The notes under the pieces are model-generated. The model was not told where the DNA came from and made no database searches. It saw only the letters and a list, made by a program, of their open reading frames with translations. DNA of 44,790 nucleotides from a virus (taxonomy: Duplodnaviria; Caudoviricetes): positions 1-44,790 of the IMG/VR virus record IMGVR_UViG_3300025000_000029; one strand, given 5' to 3'. The stretch's first letter is position 1; each line of letters starts with the position of its first letter. Below are positions 9,878-19,938 of this stretch, in pieces. Made by a program: the position numbers and the translations under genes.

Positions 9878-10885
9878 ATGGCAGGAATTACTTTAGCACA
9901 ACTCGCGCAAGTGACCAAAGACCCGATTAAGAAATATGTCGGTATGCAGTTAATTCGCGAGAGCAAAATTTTAGAGATGTTACCGTTCGAGAATGTGAAC
10001 GGGTTGAACGTCAAGGCGTATTGGTGGGAAGTACTTCCCACAGGTGGCGCGTTCCGTTCTTTGAATGAGGGCTACACCTCGTATGAAGATGGACAATTAG
10101 GTGATGGTTCCGAATCTGTTTACGGGTTCGGCGGCGACATTACCTACGACACTGTATTGGAAAAGATCAAAGATGTAATCGGCGATCCCATTCAACTCCA
10201 GATTGATGCCCGTATCAAATCAATGGGTATCACATGGAATGACTATTTTATTAACGGTGATGTTGCAACTGACCCGAAAGGTTTCAACGGATTAAAGAAA
10301 CGTGTTGCGAGCATGGACACCCGCCAGACCATTTATGCAGCCGGATCAACCGCTGCACCAATGGACCCGACAGGTTCAGCCGCATTAGCACGTGGATTTA
10401 TCAACAAGTTCAATCGCGGTATCCGATACTGTAATGCTGGTGGATGCAACGCCATAATCATGAATGAAAACATGATTGTTGGATTCTCACAGGTATTGAG
10501 TTACATTCAAGGACAGGGGAACTACCTTTCCGTAACACAAGATCAATACGGACGGGAAGAGGTTTCATTCAGGGGCGTGAAGTTTGTTGATCCTGGATTG
10601 AAAAAAGATCAATCAACCGAAATCATTACTGAAACCGAAGTTGCCGGAGACGCAGGCGCGGACAGCACATCCATTTATTTCGTTGCTTTCAACAAAGACA
10701 ACGGCGTACATGGTATTCAATTGAGCGACTTCAACGCATACCAGGTTGGCAGCGGGGAATTGGAAGATTCACCAGCAAAGAAATGGCGTGTTGATTGGTG
10801 GAACGGTTTAGCCAGTTTCGGACGGCACGGTATTGTGCGCATGCGCAACATCGAAGCATTTGCTGACTGGACAGAAGGAGCATAA
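9878..10885 (+). CDS. Major capsid protein (HK97 fold)
   Basis: 335 aa; ILEMLPF...FRSLNEGY...FINGD...KGFNGLKKR motifs typical of BPP-1-like capsids; GAGGAG RBS. Confidence 0.85.
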   Translation: MAGITLAQLAQVTKDPIKKYVGMQLIRESKILEMLPFENVNGLNVKAYWWEVLPTGGAFRSLNEGYTSYEDGQLGDGSESVYGFGGDITYDTVLEKIKDVIGDPIQLQIDARIKSMGITWNDYFINGDVATDPKGFNGLKKRVASMDTRQTIYAAGSTAAPMDPTGSAALARGFINKFNRGIRYCNAGGCNAIIMNENMIVGFSQVLSYIQGQGNYLSVTQDQYGREEVSFRGVKFVDPGLKKDQSTEIITETEVAGDAGADSTSIYFVAFNKDNGVHGIQLSDFNAYQVGSGELEDSPAKKWRVDWWNGLASFGRHGIVRMRNIEAFADWTEGA

Positions 10886-10887
10886 TC

Positions 10888-11292
10888 ATGACTCACCCAT
10901 TTGATGATGAATTAATGTTTGCAACCGGAGCGGATTTAACCGCCAGTGTTTCACAAGGTCCATTGACTGTATATGGACAGATTGAAAAAGGGTTAGCCGT
11001 ACGTGTTGTGGTAGAGGATGCCTTTGGCGCAAACGACACCATGTTACCAAAAGTGTACTTATCCGCAGATAACAGCACTTACAACCTTGTCGCGCAATCA
11101 CATCTTGGCGCAACATTGGTTGACGGCGGTTACGAGTTCATGGTTCCATTCCCTGTACCAGCAGGTAAATGGTACGTAAAACTTGAACTTGTCTTAACTG
11201 CTGCTTCAACAACCTCGACTTTCACTGATGTGTACGCGGGCATTGTACCGAATGTCGGTCAACCATTTGACCGTACAAGTAATTGGGCATAA
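10888..11292 (+). CDS. Putative capsid decoration/cement protein
   Basis: 134-aa beta-rich protein right after the capsid gene, starts ..DDELMF (Bbp16-like position). Confidence 0.55.
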   Translation: MTHPFDDELMFATGADLTASVSQGPLTVYGQIEKGLAVRVVVEDAFGANDTMLPKVYLSADNSTYNLVAQSHLGATLVDGGYEFMVPFPVPAGKWYVKLELVLTAASTTSTFTDVYAGIVPNVGQPFDRTSNWA

Positions 11293-11307
11293 GCAAGTAG
11301 TACAACG

Positions 11308-11337
11308 ATAGGGGTGGGGAAACTCACCCCTATTTCA
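11308..11337 (+). terminator. Hairpin terminator after capsid/decoration genes
   Basis: ATAGGGGTGGG-GAAA-CTCACCCCTAT followed by TTC. Confidence 0.7.
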
Positions 11338-11350
11338 AAAAGGGAATAAG

Positions 11351-12070
11351 ATGGTTAAGGTTTTACTTGGCGCACCAACCACGCGGGATTTACCGATACC
11401 TTATGTCAGATCATTATGGATGACACAGCTAAAGGGAACGATCGCATGGGATACTATCTATGGACAGGCCGTTGATGTTGGCAGGAATAACCTTGTAAAA
11501 CGATTCCTTGAAAAGTACAAGGAATATGATTACTTATTGATGCACGATACCGATGCAACTTGGGATGGTACAGCCGTACAGCGGTTGGTTGACAGGCAGT
11601 TACCCATTGTAACCGGGATCATATTCAAGCGATCCATACCAACAGTGCCAACAATCGGAAAGTTTGTGAATATCAGCCCGGAAGGGAATCACATGTATTC
11701 ATACAAGGATGCAGTAAACAACATCCTTGATGTGGTTGAACGGGAAAAGATTGACCATAAGACGATAAATGAATTAGTGCTTGCTGAACAACCAGGACAG
11801 GTGAAAGAGATTGATGCAGCAGGCGCACATTTTATGTTGATACACAGGGACGTATTTACCGCCATTGGTGACAACTGGTATGAATGTACCCGGATGAACG
11901 CAGGCGAGGACTTCGCATTTTGCAGGAAGGCACAACGGGCAGGGTTCAAACTTCATGCAGATTTCAGCGTATTCACCGGACATCATTTGGGCGGCACAAT
12001 GGAAATTGGATTGCGCGAGTTCGTGTTGTATCACGACAACGAAAAAGTTGAAACAGAGTGGATAGCATAA
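11351..12070 (+). CDS. Glycosyltransferase, GT-A/GT2-like
   Basis: GRNNLVKRFL, DxD (HDTDA), GAHFMLIHRDVF, GEDFAFCRKA motifs. Confidence 0.8.
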   Translation: MVKVLLGAPTTRDLPIPYVRSLWMTQLKGTIAWDTIYGQAVDVGRNNLVKRFLEKYKEYDYLLMHDTDATWDGTAVQRLVDRQLPIVTGIIFKRSIPTVPTIGKFVNISPEGNHMYSYKDAVNNILDVVEREKIDHKTINELVLAEQPGQVKEIDAAGAHFMLIHRDVFTAIGDNWYECTRMNAGEDFAFCRKAQRAGFKLHADFSVFTGHHLGGTMEIGLREFVLYHDNEKVETEWIA

Positions 12071-12159
12071 CGTGGAAGCACATATTTATTTTATTCATGT
12101 ACGCGTTATTCATTTTGTTAATTTGGATGGAATGGGAGATTAGGGAAAAAAGAAAATGA
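12058..12159 (+). CDS. Small single-TM peptide (33 aa)
   Basis: GTG start, MDSITWKHIFILFMYALFILLIWMEWEIREKRK; ATGA overlap with the next gene. Confidence 0.4.
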   Translation: MDSITWKHIFILFMYALFILLIWMEWEIREKRK

Positions 12160-12983
12160 TAGAGATATTATATGCAATCCTGATTGGTTGGGCGTTTGAC
12201 AGAGCGCAGATGATGATTAGCGCACCAAACTATTCAGCCTATTTCAACGGTTTTGGAGCCATTGACCTTACTGTAAAGAAACAGGTTAAAGCACCAATGG
12301 CATACAGGGTATTGGTTCCATTCCTTGTTTCATGGATAGAACAAACATTCAAGGTTGAAGCAAAGTACAGAGTATTCATTTACCAGAACTTGAAAGCGTT
12401 CTTCGTGATCCTGGCGGCGTATTCTGTTATTCATGTATTTGGGATTGTTACCGCTTTACTTACATTCCTGATTCTATTATTGACCATCCAGTTTGATTAT
12501 TGGGATTGGCCGATTGAACTTGCGGCAGTTGTATTTGCAAGTGGGGGACATTTTGTACCCGCCTTGCTATTGGGAATATTATTTGCGTTCTCACGGGAAA
12601 CCGCTCCAATAACCGGATTCATTTACTGGATTGCAAGCGGTGATATTGCAGGTGGAATCATCATAAGCGGATTTACTGTATTGCTTATGTTAGGCGTGAG
12701 AATATTTGTTGGTCAGCGTGAACTATATTGCAAACGCGTTATGTGGAAAGACAACCTTATATTATTCAAGAACTTTTTGAAGTGGAAGCCGTTCGCATAC
12801 AGTCCGTTATTCGTAACAAGTGCAATAACAGCAGGATCATTAATCAGTGTAATTGTGAATCCACAGTATTGGTATTCACTTATTTTTATTATCGCGGGAT
12901 GGGTACTTGCAAAGGCAGACGAGCCACGAGTATTCTCCGCAGTCGTCCCATTTATTTCGTTAATGATTGGAGGTAGCCTATGA
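12156..12983 (+). CDS. Multi-pass membrane protein (possible GT-C-like transferase)
   Basis: Many hydrophobic helices; P..YRVLVP and RET motifs; next to the GT2 gene. Confidence 0.6.
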   Translation: MIEILYAILIGWAFDRAQMMISAPNYSAYFNGFGAIDLTVKKQVKAPMAYRVLVPFLVSWIEQTFKVEAKYRVFIYQNLKAFFVILAAYSVIHVFGIVTALLTFLILLLTIQFDYWDWPIELAAVVFASGGHFVPALLLGILFAFSRETAPITGFIYWIASGDIAGGIIISGFTVLLMLGVRIFVGQRELYCKRVMWKDNLILFKNFLKWKPFAYSPLFVTSAITAGSLISVIVNPQYWYSLIFIIAGWVLAKADEPRVFSAVVPFISLMIGGSL

Positions 12984-13264
12984 CATATATCTATGGATGC
13001 AGTGACAAAAATCACCCGATAGTTGAAGTTTCTCATTCATGGAAGGAGGTGGTCTCTCTCTCTTGTGATGTATGCGGACAGCCTATGAAACGCATACCAC
13101 AAGCATTTCAGATGCGCATACCACCCGCTGATAGTGGACAGCGCAATGCGAAAGAAATACATGGATATTTGAAATCCAAATGGAAAGCAAACAAAGAACG
13201 GCGAGAAGCCAACGAATACGAAAAACGAAAAGCACAGGAAAGGAAAACAAATCATGCCAACTAA
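12980..13264 (+). CDS. FmdB-like zinc-ribbon protein
   Basis: MTYIYGC..H...CDVCGQPMKR. Confidence 0.65.
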   Translation: MTYIYGCSDKNHPIVEVSHSWKEVVSLSCDVCGQPMKRIPQAFQMRIPPADSGQRNAKEIHGYLKSKWKANKERREANEYEKRKAQERKTNHAN

Positions 13265-13442
13265 ACCAGCACCAAGAACACCAAATACGCAAAAGCCGAG
13301 AGGAAAGGCAACGCCAACATCTAATTTACGAGATAAGGCGAATACTGGAACTTTGGTTCCTTATGTTAAAAGAACAACATTACCAACCACAGTGCCAACC
13401 AGTAAACCAATTGCAAAACTACCAAATAGACGAAGTAAATAA
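13254..13442 (+). CDS. Small basic P/T/K/R-rich protein
   Basis: 62-aa ORF coupled to neighbours; AGGA RBS. Confidence 0.5.
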   Translation: MPTKPAPRTPNTQKPRGKATPTSNLRDKANTGTLVPYVKRTTLPTTVPTSKPIAKLPNRRSK

Positions 13443-13454
13443 GGATAAAAAAGT

Positions 13455-13817
13455 ATGGCAACAAATCAGGAATTACAGGATGAACTAAAAAAGAAAAACG
13501 AAAAGATTCGTGACCTTGAAAAACAGGTAATGGAATTACAAACACAGGTTGAGATAATGGGAAACCAGGCGCAAGAAAGCAAAGGCTTATCCGGCTATGT
13601 CATCAGCACACCGAGCAAGACATACAGCGGCGTGACGATGGGTGTTGTATTCCGCAATGGCAGAGCGATTGTATTGGACAGCCAGGAAGCACCAGCGATT
13701 GTGAACGCATTACGCGCAGACTTTGGGTACACGGTTGAGCATGTGAAAAACTTACACGAGAAACCTGAAACCGCAGCAGATGTAAAGAAATCAATGATCG
13801 ACATATTAAGTAATTAG
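13455..13817 (+). CDS. Hypothetical protein with coiled-coil N-terminus
   Basis: ORF in late operon, AAGGA RBS. Confidence 0.7.
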   Translation: MATNQELQDELKKKNEKIRDLEKQVMELQTQVEIMGNQAQESKGLSGYVISTPSKTYSGVTMGVVFRNGRAIVLDSQEAPAIVNALRADFGYTVEHVKNLHEKPETAADVKKSMIDILSN

Positions 13818-13827
13818 GAGGATTATT

Positions 13828-14154
13828 ATGGCAGTAAAACAAGAGTCAGTTGTAATAGCGGAAGGTGGAACAATATCAACCGCTTTGAATCTAAACTATC
13901 GAGCCGTTATAACAATTGAATTTCCTGAAATGACAGGCACAAGCGTTGCGGTACACGGCAAGAATAATGCCGGAACATTTGAAGCATTGTATGACCAGGA
14001 CGGTATAGCAATAACAATTGCAACCCCATCCAACAAACTTATGAGTATTAATCCAACAAAAATATTTGGACAGAGTGAAATCAAGTTTGTGTCAAATGGC
14101 GCAGAAGCAGCAGCCCGTACAATTTATGTTCGTTCAGATTCCTACGTTGATTAA
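13828..14154 (+). CDS. Putative virion structural protein
   Basis: AGGAGG RBS; beta-rich 108 aa. Confidence 0.65.
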   Translation: MAVKQESVVIAEGGTISTALNLNYRAVITIEFPEMTGTSVAVHGKNNAGTFEALYDQDGIAITIATPSNKLMSINPTKIFGQSEIKFVSNGAEAAARTIYVRSDSYVD

Positions 14155-14211
14155 GCTAATGGCTGATACACAACCACGATTAGCGATAAAGCAGGGGAGA
14201 GGAGTGTAGCG

Positions 14212-15237
14212 ATGACAAGTGCAAAGAAGTTGTTGACGGTGTTGGGGAGTGCAGGTTATGCAAAACTTCCATATTCAGTTGATTTTACTGCACAAACAGA
14301 TGGAGCTTTACCAAATAATTGGAATGGAACTGCATGGGCTATTTCTAGTGCAAAAGCTATTAATACTCCGACACTTTCTGGAACAGAGTTAATAAATAAT
14401 CCAGGCTTTGAGGGAACATATTCTTCTGGGCTTGCTCCAAATTGGACTAAATATCCAGCAGGAACGGTAGTGTCAGAGAGTTCGGACGTTCACGGTGGTA
14501 CTGCTGCTCAATATGTTGGAAATGCCACTAGTAATGGTGGACAGGTGACATCAACAAATTTTGCATTAGTAGCAGGTGATTGGGTTAGATGTCATGGGTA
14601 TTATAAAGTCACTGGAAGTGCCATATTAAGGATTCAACAAGGATTTGGTTCATATACAGTTTTGCAACAGGTCACTCTTGCTGGAGCAGACTACACACAA
14701 AATTTCATGACTGCATTCATTCCAGAGAGCGGAAATCATGGGTTGAGTCCGGGGGCATTAAACCATGCAACAGCAGAAACAAATAATATTATTGCTGATG
14801 ACCACAGTACACAAAAATTGACAGCGTCAACTCTTTCAGCAGTATATGACATACAGTATAGGGGTGTATTAAAAGTTAGGGCATCAATGAGGGTTGGTAT
14901 TGTTGGACAACCTGCCGGAATTATTGGATGGTGGGATAAAGATAATTTATGGCAAAATATGCTTATAGCATACCATGATGGAGAAACGATAAAATTTGAA
15001 AAGTTAGTTGGATCTGTATGGACAAAACTTATAGGAGTAACAACTGCTACTTATGCCGCTGATGCTGACATTGAAATTAGGCGTCTTACTGGTACAAATA
15101 CCTTTCAGCTTTGGTATAACGATTCTCAAGTTGGTGCTAATCAAACCATAAGTGACACAGAAATAATCAATAACAAATATTTTGGTTTGCTATCAACAGG
15201 AGAAAGCAATAGCTTCGATGCGTTTTTTCTTGAGTAA
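14212..15237 (+). CDS. Putative virion carbohydrate-binding/receptor-binding protein
   Basis: ELINNPGFEG...PNW...HGG..AQ (CBM4/9-like) followed by a lectin-like beta domain. Confidence 0.55.
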   Translation: MTSAKKLLTVLGSAGYAKLPYSVDFTAQTDGALPNNWNGTAWAISSAKAINTPTLSGTELINNPGFEGTYSSGLAPNWTKYPAGTVVSESSDVHGGTAAQYVGNATSNGGQVTSTNFALVAGDWVRCHGYYKVTGSAILRIQQGFGSYTVLQQVTLAGADYTQNFMTAFIPESGNHGLSPGALNHATAETNNIIADDHSTQKLTASTLSAVYDIQYRGVLKVRASMRVGIVGQPAGIIGWWDKDNLWQNMLIAYHDGETIKFEKLVGSVWTKLIGVTTATYAADADIEIRRLTGTNTFQLWYNDSQVGANQTISDTEIINNKYFGLLSTGESNSFDAFFLE

Positions 15238-15244
15238 CAGTATT

Positions 15245-15739
15245 ATGAAAAATGTGACAGTTATTGGCGATAGTATAGCAGCCGCAGAAGATGGGTGGGC
15301 GTATTTATTAGATGCGTATGGAAACAAGGATATTTATGAAGTTAAAAACCATGCGGTATCGGGGGCAGCTATATTAGACGGTATGGATGCACAGGTTGTT
15401 GCATCTGCTTCTGATAATGCAGATATTATTATTTTAGCACTTGGAACTAATGATATTGGTGGAGATGTGGGGGCAGCAACAACTGAAGTAGAAGAAAATA
15501 TTATTGAATTAAAAACATCCAACCCTAACGCCACTTTATATTATATGAACGTATTAGATAGGGATGCAGATAATGAAACTGCAATTAGAGCTGCTATTGT
15601 AACGGCGTGTACTAATCAGTCTATTACTTGTTGGGACACTGATGGATGGATTGATCCTGCCACTGATACAGATGATGGGTTACATCCAAACGCAACGGGA
15701 CATGCAAAAATATTAGCAGAAGTTTTGGCACGAATCTAA
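15245..15739 (+). CDS. SGNH/GDSL hydrolase (esterase/deacetylase)
   Basis: Blocks IGDSI, AVSG, LGTND and DGLHPN..GH. Confidence 0.88.
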   Translation: MKNVTVIGDSIAAAEDGWAYLLDAYGNKDIYEVKNHAVSGAAILDGMDAQVVASASDNADIIILALGTNDIGGDVGAATTEVEENIIELKTSNPNATLYYMNVLDRDADNETAIRAAIVTACTNQSITCWDTDGWIDPATDTDDGLHPNATGHAKILAEVLARI

Positions 15740-15782
15740 ACAATCAACCCCCCACAACGATTATCAAGATTAGCATGAGGCA

Positions 15783-15913
15783 TGATGGATAGTATCAAGT
15801 TTGAGGCAGAAAGTATAAACAAACAAGGAGACAACAATGGCAAACGAGTTCAGACACGCAGACGCGGTAGCAGGGGAGCGTGATGGATAGTATCAAGTTT
15901 GAGACAAAAAGTA
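15783..15913. repeat. Two ~33-bp direct repeats flanking a 17-codon gene remnant
   Basis: TGATGGATAGTATCAAGTTTGAG(G/A)CA(G/A)AAAGTA at 15783-15815 and 15881-15913. Confidence 0.85.
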
Positions 15914-15923
15914 AAGGAGTAGC

Positions 15924-16694
15924 ATGACAACCTTTTATGATGTGATAAAAAGAGTAGCGCGACAGATTGCAGATGCAAGAGCGGGCGTTGCGACTGGTGG
16001 AAGCACAACAACATTGATTGATACATTGATGGATGAGCCGGATGACTTCTACGATGGCGGTCTTTTATTCATTGACCATACAGTTCCGGTCATTGTAAAG
16101 GTAACAGACTATGACTTTGCAACAACGACATTCACATTTGCAACAAGTACAGCCGTTGCAGCCGGAAAGTATTACACCGTTGTTGACGAAACATTTCCGC
16201 TTGATGTAATCAAACAGGCAGTCAATCAGGCATTGATTGAAGATGTTGGTCAGATCATGGCGGTTGACGAAACCTTAACAGGCGTTGAGGGACAGGAACG
16301 ATATACATTACCGGACGGCGTGTATGATGTGCGGCGTGTTGAAATTGGCGAGGAAGATGACGAGTGGCAAATAAACTATCACTGGACGGAAGAAATTGCA
16401 GAGCTTCGATTTATCAAAGACTTGCCGAGTGCAGACCAGACAATACGTGTTCATTACGTACATACCCATGATGAACTGATTGACCTTGACGATGTTGTTG
16501 ATGATCAGGTGAGCCTTGACTTACTCGTTCATGCAGCAAGCGCATACTGTATGCAATGGCGATATGCCAAAACAAAAGAGAATGATCCAGGTATCAAAGA
16601 CAAGATGACATTTCATGAAAGCAGAGCCATGATTGCTCGATCACGTAAACCAATCAAACTACTTAACCGCGATCCACACTTTGCGAGGTATTAA
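15924..16694 (+). CDS. Putative head-tail adaptor protein
   Basis: AAGGAG RBS; GQERYTLP..VYDVRRVE adaptor-like motif; precedes the nozzle-like gene. Confidence 0.6.
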   Translation: MTTFYDVIKRVARQIADARAGVATGGSTTTLIDTLMDEPDDFYDGGLLFIDHTVPVIVKVTDYDFATTTFTFATSTAVAAGKYYTVVDETFPLDVIKQAVNQALIEDVGQIMAVDETLTGVEGQERYTLPDGVYDVRRVEIGEEDDEWQINYHWTEEIAELRFIKDLPSADQTIRVHYVHTHDELIDLDDVVDDQVSLDLLVHAASAYCMQWRYAKTKENDPGIKDKMTFHESRAMIARSRKPIKLLNRDPHFARY

Positions 16695-16696
16695 AT

Positions 16697-19546
16697 ATGG
16701 CAGATACAATCCGCACCGAGCCAACCGAAAAGAAGATTACTCACCATGTATCATTCAGCAATGGCGGTACAGAATTAGGGTTAGTGTTATGTAACGGCTA
16801 TGGTAATCCAAGTACGCAAGGCATACGACAGGGAAAGATGCCGAACAGATCATTGCAGATCAGTCAGGGCGATCCTGATTATTCTGACATGGAATTACCC
16901 TACACGCCTATTACACAGAAAGATTGGTCAGGTGGCAGAGGTCAGGAAGATTTTGAAAAGGATAAGACCAGGTACAGCGACAGTCATACGATTGATGCAA
17001 TGATGGGTGAGGTAATGTTGGGGCCGAAGCCGACAGTTGCAAATGACGTTGGTGGATTTGCAAGCGGCACACCAATTGACAACACGCAGCAGGACGATGA
17101 AACTACACCAAACCCATTTACGGGAGGATTCTGGTCAGATGTTTCCGGCGAAGAAGTAACATATTTCGAGGATACTTGCACACTATCACGTAGATACCCA
17201 CCAGGAACATTACCTGTTTTAACTGTTCATTATCAAACAAGAGCAACAAGGTTCCAATACACAGACGCAAATCCATTGATGCAAATAAAACTAAAACTTT
17301 CCAATACTTCAAAGGTGACAATCGCAATAAGAGAAGCAACTACGGTTGACATATCTACCGACCAAAAGAAAAAAGATTTATATGATTTGTTGGTAAAGCT
17401 CGAATCTTTAGGGACATACGAAAAGTCAGAAACATTTGACATTGTTAAGGCAACAACATTAACGGAATACACATTTGATTTTAATCACACAATGGTTGAA
17501 GATGCGTATTATTGGCTGATTGTCAGGAATGAAAATATTTTAATGAATGACGATCCGCTTGATTTTGATTTTTCTGTTGGAACAAATGACACACCGAGTA
17601 CGTATGAATTTAGGGGAGTTCAAGGTTTTTATAATTCAATCAAGGCAACGTACAGCACAGGTTATGAATATGTAAAATATTGTGCTTCGATTTCTGATAA
17701 TACTGGTGATAGTCTAGCATACTCATTGATACCACTTGGCGAATCATCCGGCGATGCACACTTCTTTACTCTCCGCAATACAAAGTTTGTTATTATGTCA
17801 CCATCAGACGGAAGCGCACCCAAACTTTACATGGAAGGCTATCACGGGTATGCAGCAGCAGCCAACACAGGTGAATTGACGAAGATACACGCAAGGAATA
17901 TTGGCGCAGAAGCGGATGGTTGCATTGTAAAACTTGTTGGTGGTCCGGGTTCTACTGAACGAACACGATGGCGCGAGATTGATTCGGTTACAACGGGCGC
18001 GAGTGGATACCTGATTGTCGATCCGGCGTGGAAAATTGTGCATACAACCAGTACAGAATTTGCGGTCATTGGTACAGAAACATGGACGGAAATAACCGGA
18101 CACGGATTGACGACAGCAGTAACAGACGTAATGGTTGTTAATGACATTGTGTACTTTGCGCAGGGTGAGAGCGTAAAACTCCGGCGTATGACCTGTTACA
18201 ACAATTCAGGAGCATGGGCGTTCAAGTTTGCAGAAGAAGATTACTACGCAACCTTTATGGAACTTATTCAGAAAGAGGATGGCACGTTAAGAATTTGGCG
18301 TGCATTGGCAACCGCTTCAACCGTATCAAGTTCAGCAGTTGCAGCATGGCAGGACAGTACAGCAAAGATTTTATCTTTCGGTTCCGATATTACTTGCGGT
18401 AATACAATGTACCGTATCAATGGACTTGTCGCTTATGGTACACCGCGTATCCCTTATGTGCTGAAAGAAGATGGCTTTGGAGCAATCTCCAACGACATAT
18501 ACGATCAGGTTCCACTGGCTGAATTTGCAGCAGTAGCAGACGACAACAATGGACGCGCCAATTTGCAGAGAGGGGTATATCTATACCTTACTTTGCTCAA
18601 TGGGGTTGAAAGATATTACGAAGGCAGACTTGACGACATTGGACCTAACAGAGATTTAGGATTGCCGAACAATCGCAATGGGGTTGTATCCAGCATGTTG
18701 GCTTATCCAGGCAGAATGTACGCAAGTATTGACCATCCAACTGGATACAGCGCGGTACTTGTTTATAACGATGTTGGCTGGCATGAGATTTATAGATCGT
18801 CTTTAGCTGGAAGAATTTACAAAATGGATGTGCAGGTTATTGATGGTGATAGTTGCGATAGATTGTGGATGGCACAGGAAGGTAGAATTGTTTGGCTTCC
18901 GATTGCCATTGATCCGAAGAAGCAGGATGATTACACCTACAATCCAACCGGAAGTATTGAAACATCATGGATTAACAGCAACTTCAAAGAGATCAAAAAG
19001 TATTTCAGTAGCATTGAAATCTTTAGTGAAGGGTTAACCGCAGGCGCACAGTACGTAAGAATATCGTACAAGGTTGATGACGATGATGATGATTGGACAG
19101 AGATTGACGATGACGTTGACGAGTCACCATCACAGGAGATTGAGTTTCCGAATCACGCAGTCTATGGAAAACGTATCAAGATAAAACTTGTGCTTTACAC
19201 AACGGACACGAGCAGCAGTCCACGTATCAAGGGTATCACGATCAAACCCGTAACCAGGTTGCCACTCAAAAAATCATGGTCAATGACATTCAGGGTTGAT
19301 GATAGTATCCATGACTTGCAGGGAATACAATCAGAGCTTGACGGGTATGACCTTATGGCGCAGCTTGAAGCATGGGCTGATAGCAACACAACCCCGACCC
19401 CATTACTCATGAATGTTCCACACCTTTTATTCAACAACAAGTACGTATTCATTGAGCCGGAGAGCTTACGACCTATTCAATGGATTACAGGTGATAACAA
19501 AAAAGACCTTGTTGGCATTGGTCAATTGACGGTGTACGAGGCGTAA
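16697..19546 (+). CDS. Putative tail nozzle/stabilization protein (podovirus-type)
   Basis: 949-aa beta-rich protein; DWSGGRGQ N-terminal motif; follows adaptor. Confidence 0.6.
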   Translation: MADTIRTEPTEKKITHHVSFSNGGTELGLVLCNGYGNPSTQGIRQGKMPNRSLQISQGDPDYSDMELPYTPITQKDWSGGRGQEDFEKDKTRYSDSHTIDAMMGEVMLGPKPTVANDVGGFASGTPIDNTQQDDETTPNPFTGGFWSDVSGEEVTYFEDTCTLSRRYPPGTLPVLTVHYQTRATRFQYTDANPLMQIKLKLSNTSKVTIAIREATTVDISTDQKKKDLYDLLVKLESLGTYEKSETFDIVKATTLTEYTFDFNHTMVEDAYYWLIVRNENILMNDDPLDFDFSVGTNDTPSTYEFRGVQGFYNSIKATYSTGYEYVKYCASISDNTGDSLAYSLIPLGESSGDAHFFTLRNTKFVIMSPSDGSAPKLYMEGYHGYAAAANTGELTKIHARNIGAEADGCIVKLVGGPGSTERTRWREIDSVTTGASGYLIVDPAWKIVHTTSTEFAVIGTETWTEITGHGLTTAVTDVMVVNDIVYFAQGESVKLRRMTCYNNSGAWAFKFAEEDYYATFMELIQKEDGTLRIWRALATASTVSSSAVAAWQDSTAKILSFGSDITCGNTMYRINGLVAYGTPRIPYVLKEDGFGAISNDIYDQVPLAEFAAVADDNNGRANLQRGVYLYLTLLNGVERYYEGRLDDIGPNRDLGLPNNRNGVVSSMLAYPGRMYASIDHPTGYSAVLVYNDVGWHEIYRSSLAGRIYKMDVQVIDGDSCDRLWMAQEGRIVWLPIAIDPKKQDDYTYNPTGSIETSWINSNFKEIKKYFSSIEIFSEGLTAGAQYVRISYKVDDDDDDWTEIDDDVDESPSQEIEFPNHAVYGKRIKIKLVLYTTDTSSSPRIKGITIKPVTRLPLKKSWSMTFRVDDSIHDLQGIQSELDGYDLMAQLEAWADSNTTPTPLLMNVPHLLFNNKYVFIEPESLRPIQWITGDNKKDLVGIGQLTVYEA

Positions 19547-19548
19547 GG

Positions 19549-19938
19549 ATGGCAGAGAAACCAGGACAGCCTAACAGACTACGCGAGCAAGAGCCACAGA
19601 TCAACTTGGTACATGGCATTATGCCGGACAGCAAGAACGAATATTATGTTGCGCTTGCACTGGATAAGTTTGGCTATGATTACCACTTTCAAAAACTGTT
19701 AGGCATGGGTGGTATTCGAGGATCACAGATAATTGACTTTGTTGTATTTACAGGTGGTGGAGCAAGAGCGGTATTTGTGCAGGGTGAATACTGGCATGGC
19801 GCAAAATCGGAAAGCGAGGACGTACTTAAACATGCAATTGCAGCGCAGGTATATGGCGCGGGGAATGTGATTGACTTCATGGGTGAGGAAACTGACACGC
19901 CGGAGAAGGCAGAACAAACAGTAAAGGCGAAACTATGA
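19549..19938 (+). CDS. PD-(D/E)XK / Vsr-DUF559-like nuclease-fold protein
   Basis: E..V..AL...IIDFVVF...AVFVQGEYWHG. Confidence 0.55.
   Translation: MAEKPGQPNRLREQEPQINLVHGIMPDSKNEYYVALALDKFGYDYHFQKLLGMGGIRGSQIIDFVVFTGGGARAVFVQGEYWHGAKSESEDVLKHAIAAQVYGAGNVIDFMGEETDTPEKAEQTVKAKL

Noticed and set aside
15783-15913. CRISPR mini-array
   Set aside because: Only two non-palindromic copies; the 65-nt spacer contains an RBS and ORF remnant; no cas genes
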